DNA of 64,000 bases from Magallana gigas (taxonomy: Eukaryota), in the NCBI RefSeq assembly GCF_963853765.1, contig NC_088859.1:5084001-5148000 (forward strand). The letters are read 5' to 3'. Positions 36,875 to 51,780 of this stretch are shown here, piece after piece. Position numbers and translations under genes: made by a program. Positions within the stretch are counted from its first letter, which is position 1; every line of letters starts with the position of its first letter. The notes below the pieces were generated by a model, which ran no database searches, was not told the DNA's origin, and saw only the letters and a list, made by a program, of their open reading frames with translations.

Positions 36875-39800
36875 GAGAGATCAATACACATTGTTAAGAT
36901 TTCTCTAACAGTGTTATTCTGTGTGAGAACTCATTTAAACTACATGAACTTCCTGTTTCTGTGTTTTAGTGCTACCATTTGTGGGATCTAGATGTGCGAG
37001 GATTTCACAAGGTATGACTTCTTACTATAAGTAGATGCAGATGAAGTTGTTTATTGTATTATATATTACTTTTATGACTTTTGAAGCAACAATCAATCCA
37101 TATAAAAATGAGAATATAAGTTTTGTGTTTGCTGATTTCAGAGTATGTGGAGACTCTACCTGAATGGAACACCTGTAATACTAGTGGGGGTACCTGCCTC
37201 CCCCTACCAGTAAGTCTCTCTCTCTCTCTCTCATCACCCTTGATGTTATAAGGTTTTAAGCAGTTTAAATATGGTTCTTGTTATTCAGTCATGTCTTTGT
37301 ATCTAACTCTGCAGATTTATTTCGTTGTTTCCTTAAATAAATGAAAATATTTTCTTTCCATCAATTATTAGCAAAGGCCAATCAATTTTTATCTAGTCTT
37401 TGACATACATTTGTTTATTTATTTACACAGCTCGCATAAACCAGACAGTGTGAAGCCATTTGTACTGGAGGAACCATCAAAGAAAGCCAAGGCCCAGTAG
37501 TGGGATGACCCCTGACCCCAGTAAAGGGCTGTCCCCTGCCTGCAATACATCCCCAGGGTAGATCTGGCTCTGACTACTTGTAAACTTAGGAATTTGACTC
37601 AGCTTTTCCTCCTCTTGGACCAAGATCTAGACACAATTTACAATAAACAGGGTAACAGGAGGGAATTCTGTAAGGAACTGTTGTGTGCAATATTATCATC
37701 ATGTTGGATTTAACAACACCTTTATTGTTATGATAAACCAATGTATGTTTTAAGTACACTGGTGTGTATTGTTAGCTTTAAGATGTGGATTTACTGCACA
37801 CATGTCAAGAATCTATAATAATACTCTTGAGTTTTTGATAAGTACATGTTATTATTATTTTTGATACATGTACAACGAAGCTGTACCGTAGCAGAAATAG
37901 TCTCCTTCTGATTGTCCTATATCCCTGGGTGATTTACATGTTAAAGACAAAAGTTGTACTGAATGTATATTTTTCTGTACATCTGCAATGAAAACCTAAT
38001 TCCATGAATAAGGTCCAAGTAAAAGATTTATAAGCTGCACACAGCGTTTGATTGTGCAAAGTTTTCTCTTTATTCTGTTTGGTGTTTTTTTCATCTAATC
38101 AATGAAGAATATTTTTAATGCAATGTTTTTCCTAATGACCAACCATTAATATATCTTGTTCCGATTAGAGTCCATGTTCACCGCCTACCAGCTGTAGAGA
38201 TACTTGTTATCTTAACATCTCCTAACAAACATAGCATTTACAGTAACCTGCTTTTTCATTGCGTGGTATGTTTACCCTGCTCAAAGTTTGATTGGTGATA
38301 TCTAGTGATGAAAAACAGGCCTTTAAGCTTTCAGCTGATATTCTAGTAATACATGTACACTCAAAATTGTAATATATTGTTTACTTATGAAACTGCATTA
38401 TATTGAATGAACAATAAACCGTTCTGTGTTCAAGGAACATCGTCTTATGAGAGATTATTGTAATGTAAATGAATGTATATTTATATATCAAATGCCAAAT
38501 TCCAAAAAAACAAAGGACATTTAAACGATCTTAAGATATGCCATGTTCTTTTCAGATGATTTATATTCGCTGACGGACATTTAAACATTCCTTGATGTTG
38601 TTTTAAGCGTTTGTGATATGTTTTTAGTAGACGACTTTCACATCAACAAAATATGTCTGCTAGGGTCAATCTAAGGTCAATGTGTGAAGGTCACTTATCC
38701 TTTTACAACATTAACATCTCTCCAGAACTATGTCTATTGTATTCTCATTATGTTTCTTGTGTTGTAAACTGTTTTTCCATACAATCAATAAGATAAGATT
38801 TGAACAAAACTGTTGAAACATTTGTTGAAATATTGATATGTTTTATTAATTTTACCAAGTTAACATTGCACAAACATATAGGTTTCAATTTTTTATGCCA
38901 AAAATTATAATTGCAACTTAGTGTATATTGAGGACTGATTAGTATTGAAGAAGTAGTTTGCAAAAAAGGGCAAAATAACCCTGTCTACAGTATTTCAAAA
39001 AGGTAATGAAAGTTAAATATAGGTGATGAAAGAAAATGCTGATAATTAAAGTTTCTCTAATTTTGTTAATTAAGTAAGATGCTTTACATGAATTTTAATT
39101 AACTATCCTCTTTTGTTAGAGTTCTGGGCATATCAATTTCAGTACACTCGTCAATGCTCGGCATGTGCACTGCTTTTACGTCTTTTACACCTGCTTGTTT
39201 GTGCGTCATTTGAACTGCTATTGAAACAGGTTGTGATTCAATATTTCTATGCAATTGTTTTTTATGGCTATTATTTTTTTTTAACGAAGTTGATATACAA
39301 GTAAATATACTTTCACTGTTGTATATTTCTTTGGCTTTTTTATTTAAAGATTTACATGTACTTATATTCAGTTTTTTCTCTTTTAAAAAACTGGTGTACT
39401 TCAGAAACTGTGAACTGTGAACACTGATGATAATTTATTTTAATCTGACTCAATATTGTCGTTTTTCATCTACTGATAGTGTAATTCTTGATATCTTGGA
39501 CCCTTAAAAAACCTGATATTATGTGGATCATGTCTATTAAATTTGAAAGTTACGTTAAAAGGTTAATCATCTGCCATGTTTTGAAGTTTAACTGCAGTGA
39601 CTCAACCTTTGCTACACACTGTGGATTGATTTGTGTTAGATGTAATTAGTGCAATTTTTAGATGTAATGGTTTGGTGACATTTGGTGTATTTATACTCTT
39701 AAAAAACAGCTAGGTTATGACAGATTAGTCTGGGCTTTGCTGAGATCTAAGTAATGAATGTAAAGATTCTGCTTGTGTGTAGGGGCTGGGGTAAAATTGT

Positions 39801-41015
39801 AGTAAAGTAGGATAGCCCAGACTGATCTTGCATCAACACTCAGCTATTTCTGAGATGATTGCTAACTACGCCAAACAAAATGCAGTGTACATTGTGTGCA
39901 TTCATGTAATTTTATCTGTATAATATTTATTTTCTCATAAAAAGCATTTATTTTTTTCAATGAAACAACTCTATTCTTATAATAAAATAGATCTGAATTT
40001 ACAATATTAATTTAGTAAATTCCATCTGGTTATTTTAATAAAATATATATAAAAACATTTGCTGTTTTATTTTGTTGTTTATGATAAGAGTGTCTCAGGA
40101 ATACCAGGAAATGTGTACACGACGTCATCGCTATTTTTGTTCCCGTTTTGTGCAGGTACATGCATGCAACAATAAGTATCTTATATCTCTTTAAATTCAA
40201 TATTGTTTCACGAAATTAATAGTTCTAAACAATCTTCAAATCAACACCGCGTTCTTCGGAAGTTTGTTTAATTGAAAAGTCTTTGCCATAAGCTGACATA
40301 ATGTACCGAAGTTGATCAGGGTTGTGTAAATAAAGAGACAATTATCTGTTTGTTTTAGAATTTAACTGTGCATGTAAGCGCTGTATGTTCGTGTAATACA
40401 GCTCATTTAAGACGCAGGTTTGCGTTATTGTAAAAGTTCAGCCAAACTTTCACCGATCCTCGGATCAGGTGTATGGTACACAGGTATACAGGTGGGCGAG
40501 GGGTCAGGTACAAGGCTTGTTTTGTTGAATTAACCTCAGTCAAATGAAGTCGCGAGGAATGCCGGGTAGATGAATTACCATTATTTATATTATTAGACAA
40601 TTACGTATTTATAAAATCACGAAGGGCAGGGTAATGGGGAAGTATCATGTCTGCTCGCCCTCAGGACTTTCAGTACTTTAATTGATCTAAGCACCTCGCT
40701 GTGCCGATATACTGGCGTGGTCAATAACGCAAGACGCAATTATGTTGTAAAATGAACCAAGTCTGATTAACCGCATCAGATCTGTTTTGAACGGGGGGGG
40801 GGGGGTTAAAGAGAATACACTATAAACGCGTACTTGTGGTGGTTTTTTTTCGTTTCTATATACAAGTATGTATCTTTCAACTTGAAGTGTTATTGTATTC
40901 TTTAAAAATTCAAAGTAACAAGGGAACTGTTAAATCTCGCCAATTCGACAGTATATATTCTAGCTTTTAGATCAGAGGAAACGAAAACTAAATTGAGAGA
41001 GATTGAGGAGAAATC

Positions 41016-41060
<45 letters not shown>

Positions 41061-42211
41061 ACGTTGCAGTTTTGTTAATTTTCAAATTATAAATTCTCTG
41101 TGTAAAGCTTCTAAGAACATGATCGTAATGATAACATATCATTTGTTTTTACATCTTTTATATTGAATTCATCATAATGTTATCTGATTTACTCGTGATG
41201 AGCTCCAATTGCTTTCGGTCTTAATTTAGATATACAAACATTCCATAAATTCCAATATTCAAAAGTTTTTATAACCCATCAAATAACTCATATTTTCTAA
41301 ACATAGCAAACAAAAAAGTAATCTATTTTTGACAGTGTAACAATGTAACGATTAGGCATTGAGTTAGGCTCGAATCTATTTTCTAAGGAGGCTAGGGAAT
41401 AAAGAAAATAGCCATCAAATTTACTTTAATTTTTAGATATGAAGTCTTGTGTTTTAAAGTATAATTTTAGTTAAGAAAACTTTGATATATTTTAGCTTTA
41501 GAATTTTGAATATTTTCCTTCTATATTCTGAGCTTTTCTTTTTACGAGATTAATAAAGTCTAATTAAAATTTTTAAAAAAAAAGTGGTTTGGGGGGGGGG
41601 GGGCATTCAGCCTACTTAAGTTAAGGCTCTTTGTCGATTTATCTCTCCCTCCATCTGTCTATTTAGCTTTTATTGAATCTTTCAATCGACGACAATGTTA
41701 CATTCAACTTCAGATTTTTAAACTTGGTATTTCCTATTCAGCATAGCTGCATTTAAAATATAAACGAACTAAAGCATGACCTCAGCTTTCTGCATAAACA
41801 TATAGCAGCATTGTATGCAAAGCTCTGCATCTTGCTTATAACTCGAAGTTTGACTCTCAGGTTAGAAAATAGAAGTTTGTAAACAATTAAAAGAAGAGAA
41901 AAATGCACTAAAACAATAACAAAGAAAAAACTCAATTTATTTTTCATCATATATACAATAAAATATTTCTACCAGCGAGAATAATCTCCGTTGAGATTGA
42001 AATTGCTGAGCATCTTAATAAAACATGGTGCATTAATCAACCATTACGTAGAGATCGTACCGAATTACCTATACCAACATAATGAATAGCATTCTATAAT
42101 ATGTTGTTAGTGCATCAGGTTTTTTGCAGGTACACGCATACGATCAGCTGTCTGGTTTACCGGTCTACACGTAAAAATTTGAAATTCTAAAATAAAGACG
42201 ATGTTTTCTCT

Positions 42212-42575
42212 CAAGTTAAAATAAAAAGAAACTAAACATGCTAAACAGAAATCAAAACAAACTAAAACCATCGTCACGAATGAAAATGTCAACGCATTGA
42301 AATATTTAACCTTAATTTACTTCACATAAACCACACACATATATTTTGGATGTTTCAAATATTCCCTTCGCACGTTAACTGTTGCACAACAACCAAATTA
42401 AATTCATCTTCGTTAAACTTTAAGATGGCTGCTATTCTAACATAGACTGGTCCTCTAAACTTGTTTTCGATGTATGAAATATCGAGCCCGAAGTTAAACT
42501 GATTGACCCCCATTCTCTCTGTCTTATCATTATTTTCGTAAATTACTCAAATTTGAAACAGAATTAGCCCTTAAT
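42212..42575. mobile_element. ~360-bp insertion inside the HINE-like element region, one end GCCC-TTAA
   Basis: Absent at the equivalent site ~11443; no clear paired TIR seen. Confidence 0.35.
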
Positions 42576-45127
42576 TTTTGCAATTTTTATTTTCCTTCCC
42601 ATAAGGATGATGTATGCTAAATTACGTTGAATTTCACTCAGTAGTTCTTGATAAGAAGATTTTTAAAAACGCACCCCCTTTTTCTACAGTTTCGAGGTTT
42701 TCTCCGCTTTGAATAAAGATCGGTCTTTCATTTCTGCCATTTATATTTGCCTTCCCATAATAATGCTGTGTGTAAAATTTGGTTGAAATTGGTCAAGCGG
42801 TTTTAGAGAAGAAGTTCAAAATGTAAAAAGTTTACAGACGGACAGACGGACGGACAGACGGACAAAATGTGATCAGAATAGCTCACTTTAATAAAGGTAA
42901 TCAATTTATTTTTATTAAAATATGTTGGCAATTTTCATTTGATAAATATTATTAATGATTACACAACAAATGTTTTCGTCAAAGAAAAGTAGTATTATAC
43001 CGTGCTTGATTTGCAGCGCAAGAGATACTTCCTCATAGTGATTTGCCGGGGGAAAAAATCTATTTTTAGAATCTACATACCCTTACCTATCAATCTAGTT
43101 CATAGAATATGTACCTTACCAGGCATCATTTTTTGGTCAATGGTACATTGGATACCTTAATTGGCATTATAAAATTTGAATTTTTGAGTAGAATCAATAT
43201 ATTAACTAAAGCATAATTTCTAGAATAGAGGTGACCCAAAATGGCTACCCCAAAACAGAGGAACAAACCTCTTTAAAAGGAGAAAAACGTTATTGCCCAC
43301 AAACTTTCTGGACAGCCGTTGTATATCGTTAACAGAGGTTTTACCTTTAAAAAAAACCTTCAATTGATACCACTGTATGATGTGGTTAATGAATTTGAAT
43401 AGAAAGGTAATGTATGCTACGGACATTAATGTCGGTTTGAAACAAACTGGTTCTGCTGATACTGCCAAGAAAAGTTTATAATTCAAGAACGGCAAAATTT
43501 TAGTAGGATATTAATTTGATGTTGAAAGAATGATTGACAATATTTTTATAGTGTGTTTTGATGTTTGTAGGTCAAGTTGTCAGTGAGCGACACAGTAAAG
43601 CCGACAAGATGGGGGATTGGGGCGAGAGAATCTCGGTGGAGGAGGTTCTTAAACTGGTGCCCCTGCAAGGTAAGGACCAATCACAAACCTCTTTACAACA
43701 GAATGATTTTGTTATTGTAAGGAGGCTGGGTGGTCAACAAACTAACCATCAATTTTTCCATCAATTTTCAGAAGTGAGTTGTTTAGTTATAAACTTTCAA
43801 CATAGTAAAGAAAAATTCCAAATATTTTAGATTTAATTGATAATGTCATCTATTTTTATACAGAGCCCTTCTTATTAGGAGATTATGATAGTCTAAAAAT
43901 GTACATGACCACCTGGCCCTCTTAATGTTATGATGTTATGCAGCATCGGTGGTAATGCTCCACCAGCCCTGGTCACTCAGTTAGGATTGTTATTGAATGC
44001 TTATGAAGTAAATATGGATAATCAATCCAGTAGCCAGGCACACCCTAAGTTAGAATAATATAACTGTTTTGGTTTCTAAAGCATTTTACGATATAAGGTA
44101 CAACCTGCTGATATTAAAAATTAATGTAGACATTTTAACCAATCAGAGCTTAACATTTTTAAAACTAAATGGACTGGTGTTTTCTATGATATATGACATA
44201 CAATGAATGCCTTTTGATTTTTGATTTATATGATACAGAATCTAAGTGTCCTTGGTCTACCACTGACAGTAAGCGACAGGAGTTCTGTGATAAGGTCGAG
44301 GGGTGCGGTTAAGTGTGTGACTGCGACAACCCCACCCCGCTCACATTCCATCCACCTAAGGTAGGAAATGTCACCTAGTCCTCAGCAGTTATGGAAAAGT
44401 TTAGGAAAATATATCAAGGCAACACCAATTTTTAAAATAATTCTTCAGATTTTCAATATAAATCATTGGGATAGAAAATAATAAGGCAAGCAAAAACTAG
44501 TAATATTTAAATTAATATTTAAATTAAGTGTGATTTCAAAAAGTATTAAAGCTCAATAAATCGCAAAAGGGCTTATCGACTTCCATCACCCCAGATCAAA
44601 GTCTAAAGTTATAGAAAACTTTTAAGAAGAGATAGATTTGTCAACCAGGGTGTTTGTATCATATGGCATGAAAGTGGGAATCTAGTATTATATTTACCTC
44701 TTTATTTAAACAGTATTTTATGGTGCAATATATCAAATAAATGGATGGCATTGTCTATTTAAATCCTCTCCGACATACAAGGTCAACCTATGTACCATTG
44801 AAGGCTTAAACATGGAAATTGCGTTTGTCTTGATTTATAAAACAAAGTTCACTAAGCTACACTTATCATGTATGCTTAGTTTGCTTTTTAGTTAGTTTTT
44901 ATGCAGGTTACACTAGTGTTTGAGTTGTATAATAAGTATATTTACCAAGTATTAGAAATTTGCATATCTAATTATAATTTTACTGCTTTTCTTAGATGTA
45001 TACCTGTTTTAACTCTGTCTTACACCTACTTCGTTAATTTGAAAACCTATTGATTTTTTTTAACAAAATCTTTTGGTAAATGGCTTTTTTAGAAGCCATT
45101 GTGGTCCAAAAATCGTGTCTATTTTAA

Positions 45128-45650
45128 AGGGATCTAGACATGATTTTAGATCAAAGTTTTATTTTCCATTTTTTTGTATTAAATGATTTACATGCTAATT
45201 TTCAATGGATGACCAAAATTTGAATGTTCATATTCAAGTTATAAGAGAGATGCAGAGGTAGACCGGGCCTCAGGCTTCAGCTGTTGTTAAGTAAACAAAG
45301 CTCGAGTCTTATATTTGTTTACAAAAAATGAAAAGTAAGGAATTACCATTTCTTTGACAAATTGACTCATTGGCAAAACAAGGTTAACTGATTCAATATG
45401 TTCCAAATTAATATTATCAACAAAAGAAAACAAGATTTACCAGTAATAGAAACTTATACCAATAAAACTATTATGTAAACAATAGCAAGACTCGAGTTTT
45501 GTTTACATAACAAAGAATTTCAAACTCTATATCTTGCTTATTACTCAATATTTGACTTTCACATTTTGACAAAGGATTAAAAATACCTTTATTAACCATT
45601 CTAAACATTAAAATTGGAAAACCAAAAGCTCAAATCGTGTCCAAGTCCCT
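45128..45650. mobile_element. MITE with TTAA target duplication and AGGG...CCCT ends (Kolobok-like), unit 4 only
   Basis: TTAA|AGGGATCTAGACATGATTTT ... AAATCGTGTCCAAGTCCCT|TTAA; empty TTAA site at ~29187. Confidence 0.75.
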
Positions 45651-46134
45651 TTAAAATCATTGATTGACTTGAAGAAACAGCTTTTTTAAAGACTGATGAT
45701 TGATAAGATTTCAAGCACATGCTTTACATTAAATGATGTAAGAAGCCACAACAGTATGTTGATATTCTCATCAGGGAAAAGAAAACTTTGCTATTATTAG
45801 ATAATGACTAAATACCAAATCTTGACTTCACCATAAAAGTAAACTAGAATTGCATTCACTTGTACTATTTTTTGCAACCGTAAGTACTGCATGATTTATC
45901 ATAATCATTGGTAAACATCATTTCTTATATTAGAATAAAATATATACAAACTACTTCTAGATCCTATTTTTCATATTGTTTGCTGAACAATGGCAATTAA
46001 TAAAGTCTTTGCATTCAAAGAATTTTTTTGTACAATTGCTTAAAAAAGGAGTCGTTGACACACCAATATATTTATTTATTTGATGGATCGATAAAGAACC
46101 CTTTTTTAATACATTTGGCATGCATTTAATAATA

Positions 46135-46308
46135 CAGTTAAACGCGATTATAATGAAAACGCTTATAATGAATTGGCGCTTACAGCGAAGTTATTTTCAT
46201 TTCTAGTGATTATAGTACATGTTGTAAACTTGACGAATATAACGAATTACGCTTATAACAAAGCAAAATCGTCCATCCCTGGCGCTTCGTTATAACCGTG
46301 TTTTACTG
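46135..46308. mobile_element. Tc1/mariner(pogo)-type MITE, CAGT...ACTG ends, unit 4 only
   Basis: TA-CAGTTAAACGCGATTATAATGAA versus the reverse complement of TTCGTTATAACCGTGTTTTACTG; absent at the equivalent site ~29705. Confidence 0.6.
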
Positions 46309-48212
46309 AGACCAAATTTAAAGCTCTGAAATAATATGTTCGCAACCTAAACAATATTTCCTGTTTCTCTGAAAAAAGAAAATAAAATTTATTCAAAATA
46401 ATTGAATGCTGATATTGGACTCTTTTTGTGTAATCATATTACAAAAAAGATTCTTTATCTATTCATCACATAAAATGTTGGTGTTTCAAGAAACCTTGAT
46501 ATGTGTTTTGAAGTTAAAAAACTTGCACATGAAAAAATTATTTTAGTTAACTTTATATTGAGTTTTTCTTGGAATAAGAGTACTATACTTGGTCCAAGAT
46601 ATTTATGTAACACATTTTCACAATATATTTCAAATTCAAAAATACCTTAGAATTCAAGCTGTGTTCATTCGATTCACTGTGAAAAAATCTATCGGTTTCT
46701 TCATTGAAATTGGGCTTGTCAAATTTCATACATAGTTAAAGATAAAAATTTTACTTGGATTTTGCATGGCAAGTAACATGATTGAAGATACCTGGATGAA
46801 AATGTTAAAAAAATTATACAAGGTGTTCCTATTGACTAATCCAAATGATTAAGGTTGTCAACATTCCCAAAATTATCCCCATCGGATTTTTGTTTTTGTT
46901 CATGTGAATTTCTTTGAATATAGATGATGATGAAGAAATCTTGATTTTTTTCCCTGACATCGATTTCATTTGTATTTCTTTGACTAGCTGCAGAACTGTA
47001 TCTTCATAAGAAATTTGGGTTGATAGACCATCATGCATCCTGAATTTAATTCTCATTGAGCTATTCTCTGACAGTAATGTGCATATTTGTTAAAAATTAG
47101 GAAAAGTGACAGAAATAATAATTGGGGCTGACTTTAAATGACTGAATGACTCATTTTTAGCCGGGCTCTGCTGAAAACACAGTCCTGGCTATAGGCAGGC
47201 AAATTGCCAATGTTACAATAAATAGCACAACTTCAAAAGTAAACAAAAAACCAAACAGCGTCAAAGTAAAAGCTTCCGCTATACCAAATAGTTACACAAA
47301 AAGCCATGTTTTGTCAAAAGTGTTGGCATTTTGTTTCTTTTTTTTTAATTTCAAGAGAATTGTCTATCTTTTTTAGTTTTTTTTTTCATTAATAACGTGT
47401 TTTAAAAACAAGACTATGCATTTGGACACATATAATGCGCATGAATTGTTATGAACTACTTTGCTGCGCGTTGAAGAAATGGGGATTGAATATAAAACGC
47501 TTGTTGCACAATTCAAGGCAGCAATTGTTGAACTTTTTTTCTACTAGACAGACATATTTTTGTTTATAGCCACTTACAAAATTTGGTCACTCTTTGACGC
47601 TTTGCCGACATTAAAAGCATGAGAGAGAGAAAGAGAGAGAGAAAGATTGAGATTTTCAGTTTTTACTACACAATATGCGTAAAGACACACCAAAAGAGCC
47701 CATCTTTCAGTACTTCAGTACTTTGATTTGTTTAAGTCTGCATGTAGGATTAAAAAAAATGGACCATGTCATTTAAAATTGGATGATATATACCAGTATA
47801 TAACATCTAGATGGTTACCTAATTTCTTCCTACAACCATCCAACCAATCAACGCAGCATTTGTTGTTATCTGTAGGTCTTGTTCTGTCAGGACAGATTTC
47901 TTATTTCACTATTTATTGATTTTATATACGGTATCACTTTGACAATAAACACATTTATGTACCTTGGCATTTAATATGATTTTAGCTATACACATTCTAA
48001 ACGGATTTCTTTATTTTGAATTTCTGTAGCTCCCTCTTCATTCATCTCTGTCTCTCTCTTTTAAGCAAACTTCTTAATTAGAAATTAATTTAAAACCAGC
48101 AATCAAATATGTTAACTTATCAAAGACAATAAAACACACAGCTGAAACAAAGTGAAAGTACAATAACATAAAATTCCTGCAGCTAAAAATAGCATAAAAT
48201 TTCACCTCTAAA

Positions 48213-49603
48213 ATGGAGTCTTTCCCAGTAGAAATGTAAGTTCACTCAAATATTCTTATAATTTTCATTTTAAAATGTAAGCACTACATTATTGGAACAT
48301 TTTCTGTCTGAAGGTATGAAAAATATGATTTACAAATTGACAATTTCTCAACACAATACACACATCTAATTCTGACAGGTGTGAGGGACTCCAGCACATG
48401 TCAGAGTCAGTGTTCGTGGTTCTGTGTGAGATACTGGGGACCCCACAAGAGGTGGCCATTAGGAGGGAGACACGGGACATCATGGAGATGGTGGAGAGAC
48501 GAGTGACACCTTATGATGGGACCATTGAGATGATGAGTGGAAGTATGAGGGAAGGATTCAGACTAGAGGGATCAGATGTGGACTGGATGTACTGGCCAAA
48601 CAACCACCGAGTGATCATGGACATGTCTCAGTCTGAGTATTACAACACAGCCAATACAACCTTGATTCTCTCTGACAGTTCTGAGAGTCCACCAGGATTC
48701 ACTCTACTTCAGTTACTGACAACATCAAGATACAGAGAAGTCCAATCAGCTTGTGTCAGAATGAATGACAGAGTCTATATATCTAGTTCTATATACAGAC
48801 AGTTAACTTGTTCAAAAGCATATCCTAATTCTACTGTACATGGACCCTGTGGTAGTGGTAATATAGCAGGGAGACTAGAATATGACACTGCTCACTGTTT
48901 TGCTTGTGACTTTTTGCCTCCATCTGCCTCCTCATGGAAAGACAGATGTCATGCATGGCCTGATCCTGAAGTTGTCAATGACATTGTCAGAAATGGATGT
49001 CACTTTGTAGCAATAGGACACCCATTTGGACCCCATGAAAATGAAGAATGGAGAATTTCTTTTTCACAAGCAGAGTATAAATGTGTATCAGCAATGAACC
49101 ACAGTCAGTTTTTGACTTATGGATTGTTAAAGCTGTTCTTAAAAGAAGTTATAAATCAACAATCAGAAGAAACCATTAAACTGCTGTGTTCCTATCACAT
49201 GAAGACAACAGTTTTCTGGGCAATTCAACAAAACACACTACCTCACTGGTGTCCACAAAATCTCTTGGCCGGTTTCTGGGTCTGTTTTAAACTCCTCCTT
49301 AAATGCGTATATGAGGGGATCTGTCCAAACTTTTTCATCCCACAAAACAACCTGTTTCTGACAAAGGTCCATGGCTCAGCACAAAACAGATTGTTCCTAC
49401 AGTTACATGAATTGTACAAGAAAGGTCTGGCCTGTCTGTTACAGAGTTCCTCTATCAGGTCATACATCATTGATGTCCTAAACAACCCTAGAGCTTTTGT
49501 TTGTACAGATGAGAGTTTAATTATGTCTGAAGTTGACTATGATATAGAACTTCTCAACACAATTGGTAGTTTTACTGATGAAGGATCAGGTAAACTGCTA
49601 TAA
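48213..49603 (+). CDS. cGLR / Mab-21 nucleotidyltransferase paralog C, catalytic domain only, ~415 aa (exons 48213-48235 + 48379-49603)
   Basis: SGSMREG...SDVDWM, LEYDTAHCF, SYHMKT and CPNFFIP are all intact. The frame ends at TAA 49601-49603, at a site 6 bp shorter than paralog B. Confidence 0.8.
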
Positions 49604-50401
49604 ACCATACACACAATAGAACAGTTGGTAGATTCACCCCTGACACAGTACCAAATTGTCATGTTACAGACGCTTAGAGCCTCTATCCTTCTGAAAACTG
49701 CTTTTTTATTACACAACATGCACATAAACACAGGTGTCAACAAACGGGTGTATATTGCAGACAAAATATCCTGTCACATGCTAAAATTAGCAGCCAAGTT
49801 TGGGTATGTTTCTGATATGTTGTACATTGCCATGTATGATTACATGACACTCAGATACAGGGAAGCTTTATATGTTATAGAGATGACAAAGGTCAAGTTA
49901 GCACAGCCATATCTGATGTATAGGAGACGTGTAGACAGAGAGAGGTATACTGAGGCTGTAGGGGGACAGTCCTGGTCTACAAAGACGAGACAGGCTGGAG
50001 CACGGGATATTAAACTTAACAACAGAATCTGTTATATCAGTGAACTAATACCAGAACAACAGTTTGCTCTACAGAACAAGTGGCCTATATTATATATCCC
50101 AGTGTTTGTAATGTTACACTTCCTGGAGTTCTTGTGTTACAGACACATTGATACAACATTATCACAAGCAGCTCTAGATGAGCTACAGGTCCTAGTCCAC
50201 CATGATCAGGGACTGTATGTATTTGATCTATACAGAGATATCTCCTGGGAGATCCTGGGGATCTGTCAACAGATCACAGGGAACCTCCAGGCTGCTCTAT
50301 ACTCATACCAACAGTCACTCACACAATATCAATGGAACAACATACAAACTGCTACACAGAGGAGAATTCAGGATATGATTCAGTCAACACCATACCAGTA
50401 A
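49604..50401 (+). CDS. TPR-like tail of cGLR paralog C, open and in the same frame as 48398..49603 (first ATG 49661, 246 aa)
   Basis: 265 open codons after the single TAA, colinear with the tail of paralog B, including ISWEILGICQQITGNLQAALYSYQQSL. Whether it is translated is unknown. Confidence 0.55.
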   Translation, partial: TIHTIEQLVDSPLTQYQIVMLQTLRASILLKTAFLLHNMHINTGVNKRVYIADKISCHMLKLAAKFGYVSDMLYIAMYDYMTLRYREALYVIEMTKVKLAQPYLMYRRRVDRERYTEAVGGQSWSTKTRQAGARDIKLNNRICYISELIPEQQFALQNKWPILYIPVFVMLHFLEFLCYRHIDTTLSQAALDELQVLVHHDQGLYVFDLYRDISWEILGICQQITGNLQAALYSYQQSLTQYQWNNIQTATQRRIQDMIQSTPYQ

Positions 50402-51780
50402 TAAAATTTTAGCCATTAACAAAACAAACTTTGTACATAGACATTTTCAAGTCAGTCATCCTATATTATTCACAATACTTTAGATTTAAGCGTTCAATGA
50501 AAATATATTATTTTATATATAATTCAATGTTTATTTGTATTATATATCTTTATATTGTTGCTTTAAAGCCATTATATACATGTATTTTTTTGTCAGGAAT
50601 ATGAATATATATATACTGTATATAAGATTTATATTTTCATCCACCGAGTATGATTCTCTTTATTTCTTACGGAAACTTATTGTAATTCATAGCTCTGTAG
50701 AAACTGACACGACTGAAATCTACACACCTGTTTATTGATTGATGGAAAGATACAGTGACTTAAGATAAATCAGGGACTGTATGAAATAATCGTGATGATG
50801 TCAGACTTAAATTCCTGTAGGAGATGATTTGGCTGTTTCTTTAAGCTACCGGTAATGTACTGATGTACATTAACAGTAATTAAGTTAATTTTACTTACCT
50901 TTTACAATAAATTTAGAAATTTGTTGAAAGAATATATATATGAAGATAGCAATCATTGCATAAATTTTTTTTCATAATGTGGATTATGTATTTTTTCTGC
51001 AATGTTGCCACCTTCATATCCCGCATGGATCACAAAAGAAAGCATTTTATTGTATAAATTAGCACTTCTGCAAGTAAAAATATAGTTTCAGATGCTGGAT
51101 GAGGTTAAGGTTTTTGGAGCTGGTAAAAGTTTTTGGAGCTGGCGCCTTTGAATAGATGATGCATCTTGTGATAGTGAGACACTCCATAAGTTTAAATGCT
51201 GAATCTGAGCCATAGGTTTTAGATGCTGAAGGAGTTTAAGTTTTTTGGAGTAGGCCACTTGTTTTTTTAAATGATATTACTAGGACACATGTTTTGGAAA
51301 TCATGCTAATACAATCTTCGGATTTCCTTAGGGTGTGTAATATCAACTTATGCTCTACCTCTATCTCTCTGACACGAGCAATTCGAGAACATGTGCCGTC
51401 ACTTCTTCCTATGACTCCACTTTTTTTGGTAACCGATATTACTATTTCTTTCACTTGCTCTGATTAGCTAAGATAACTCATGAATATTCTTAAATTAAAG
51501 TTCACCAGGAGGGAACCTCAAGCAGTATTTCTTCAGATCCTTGTTTTGTGACAGTAGAAAAACAAGGAACAGATTGAGGATCTGATTTTAATCAGATTGA
51601 TGTTGGTAACCCATTTTTCACAATTCAGGCATTATAAAGAATAACTATACACACTGTTACACACTTTTTCAAGCCAGCGCTTCTGTCATTTCCTACCTTG
51701 TGTGTTGTCAGGTCTTAAGTAAGTTTGGTATAAAAAGTTGAAAAAACTTATATGCAAAGAACACATTTTTTGGTAATATA

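Larger units (their letters stand above)
27621..37500 (+). pseudogene. POMGNT1: POMGNT1 5'-truncated copy 3 with internal deletion of 7 catalytic-domain exons (exons 27621-27719, 28271-28392, 35804-~35909, 36765-36836, 36970-37011, 37142-37209, 37431-37500)
   Basis: Same exons as the other copies, but the sequence jumps at ~33984 from the post-cGLR intron directly into the intron preceding the ITADKYE exon. Confidence 0.88.
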
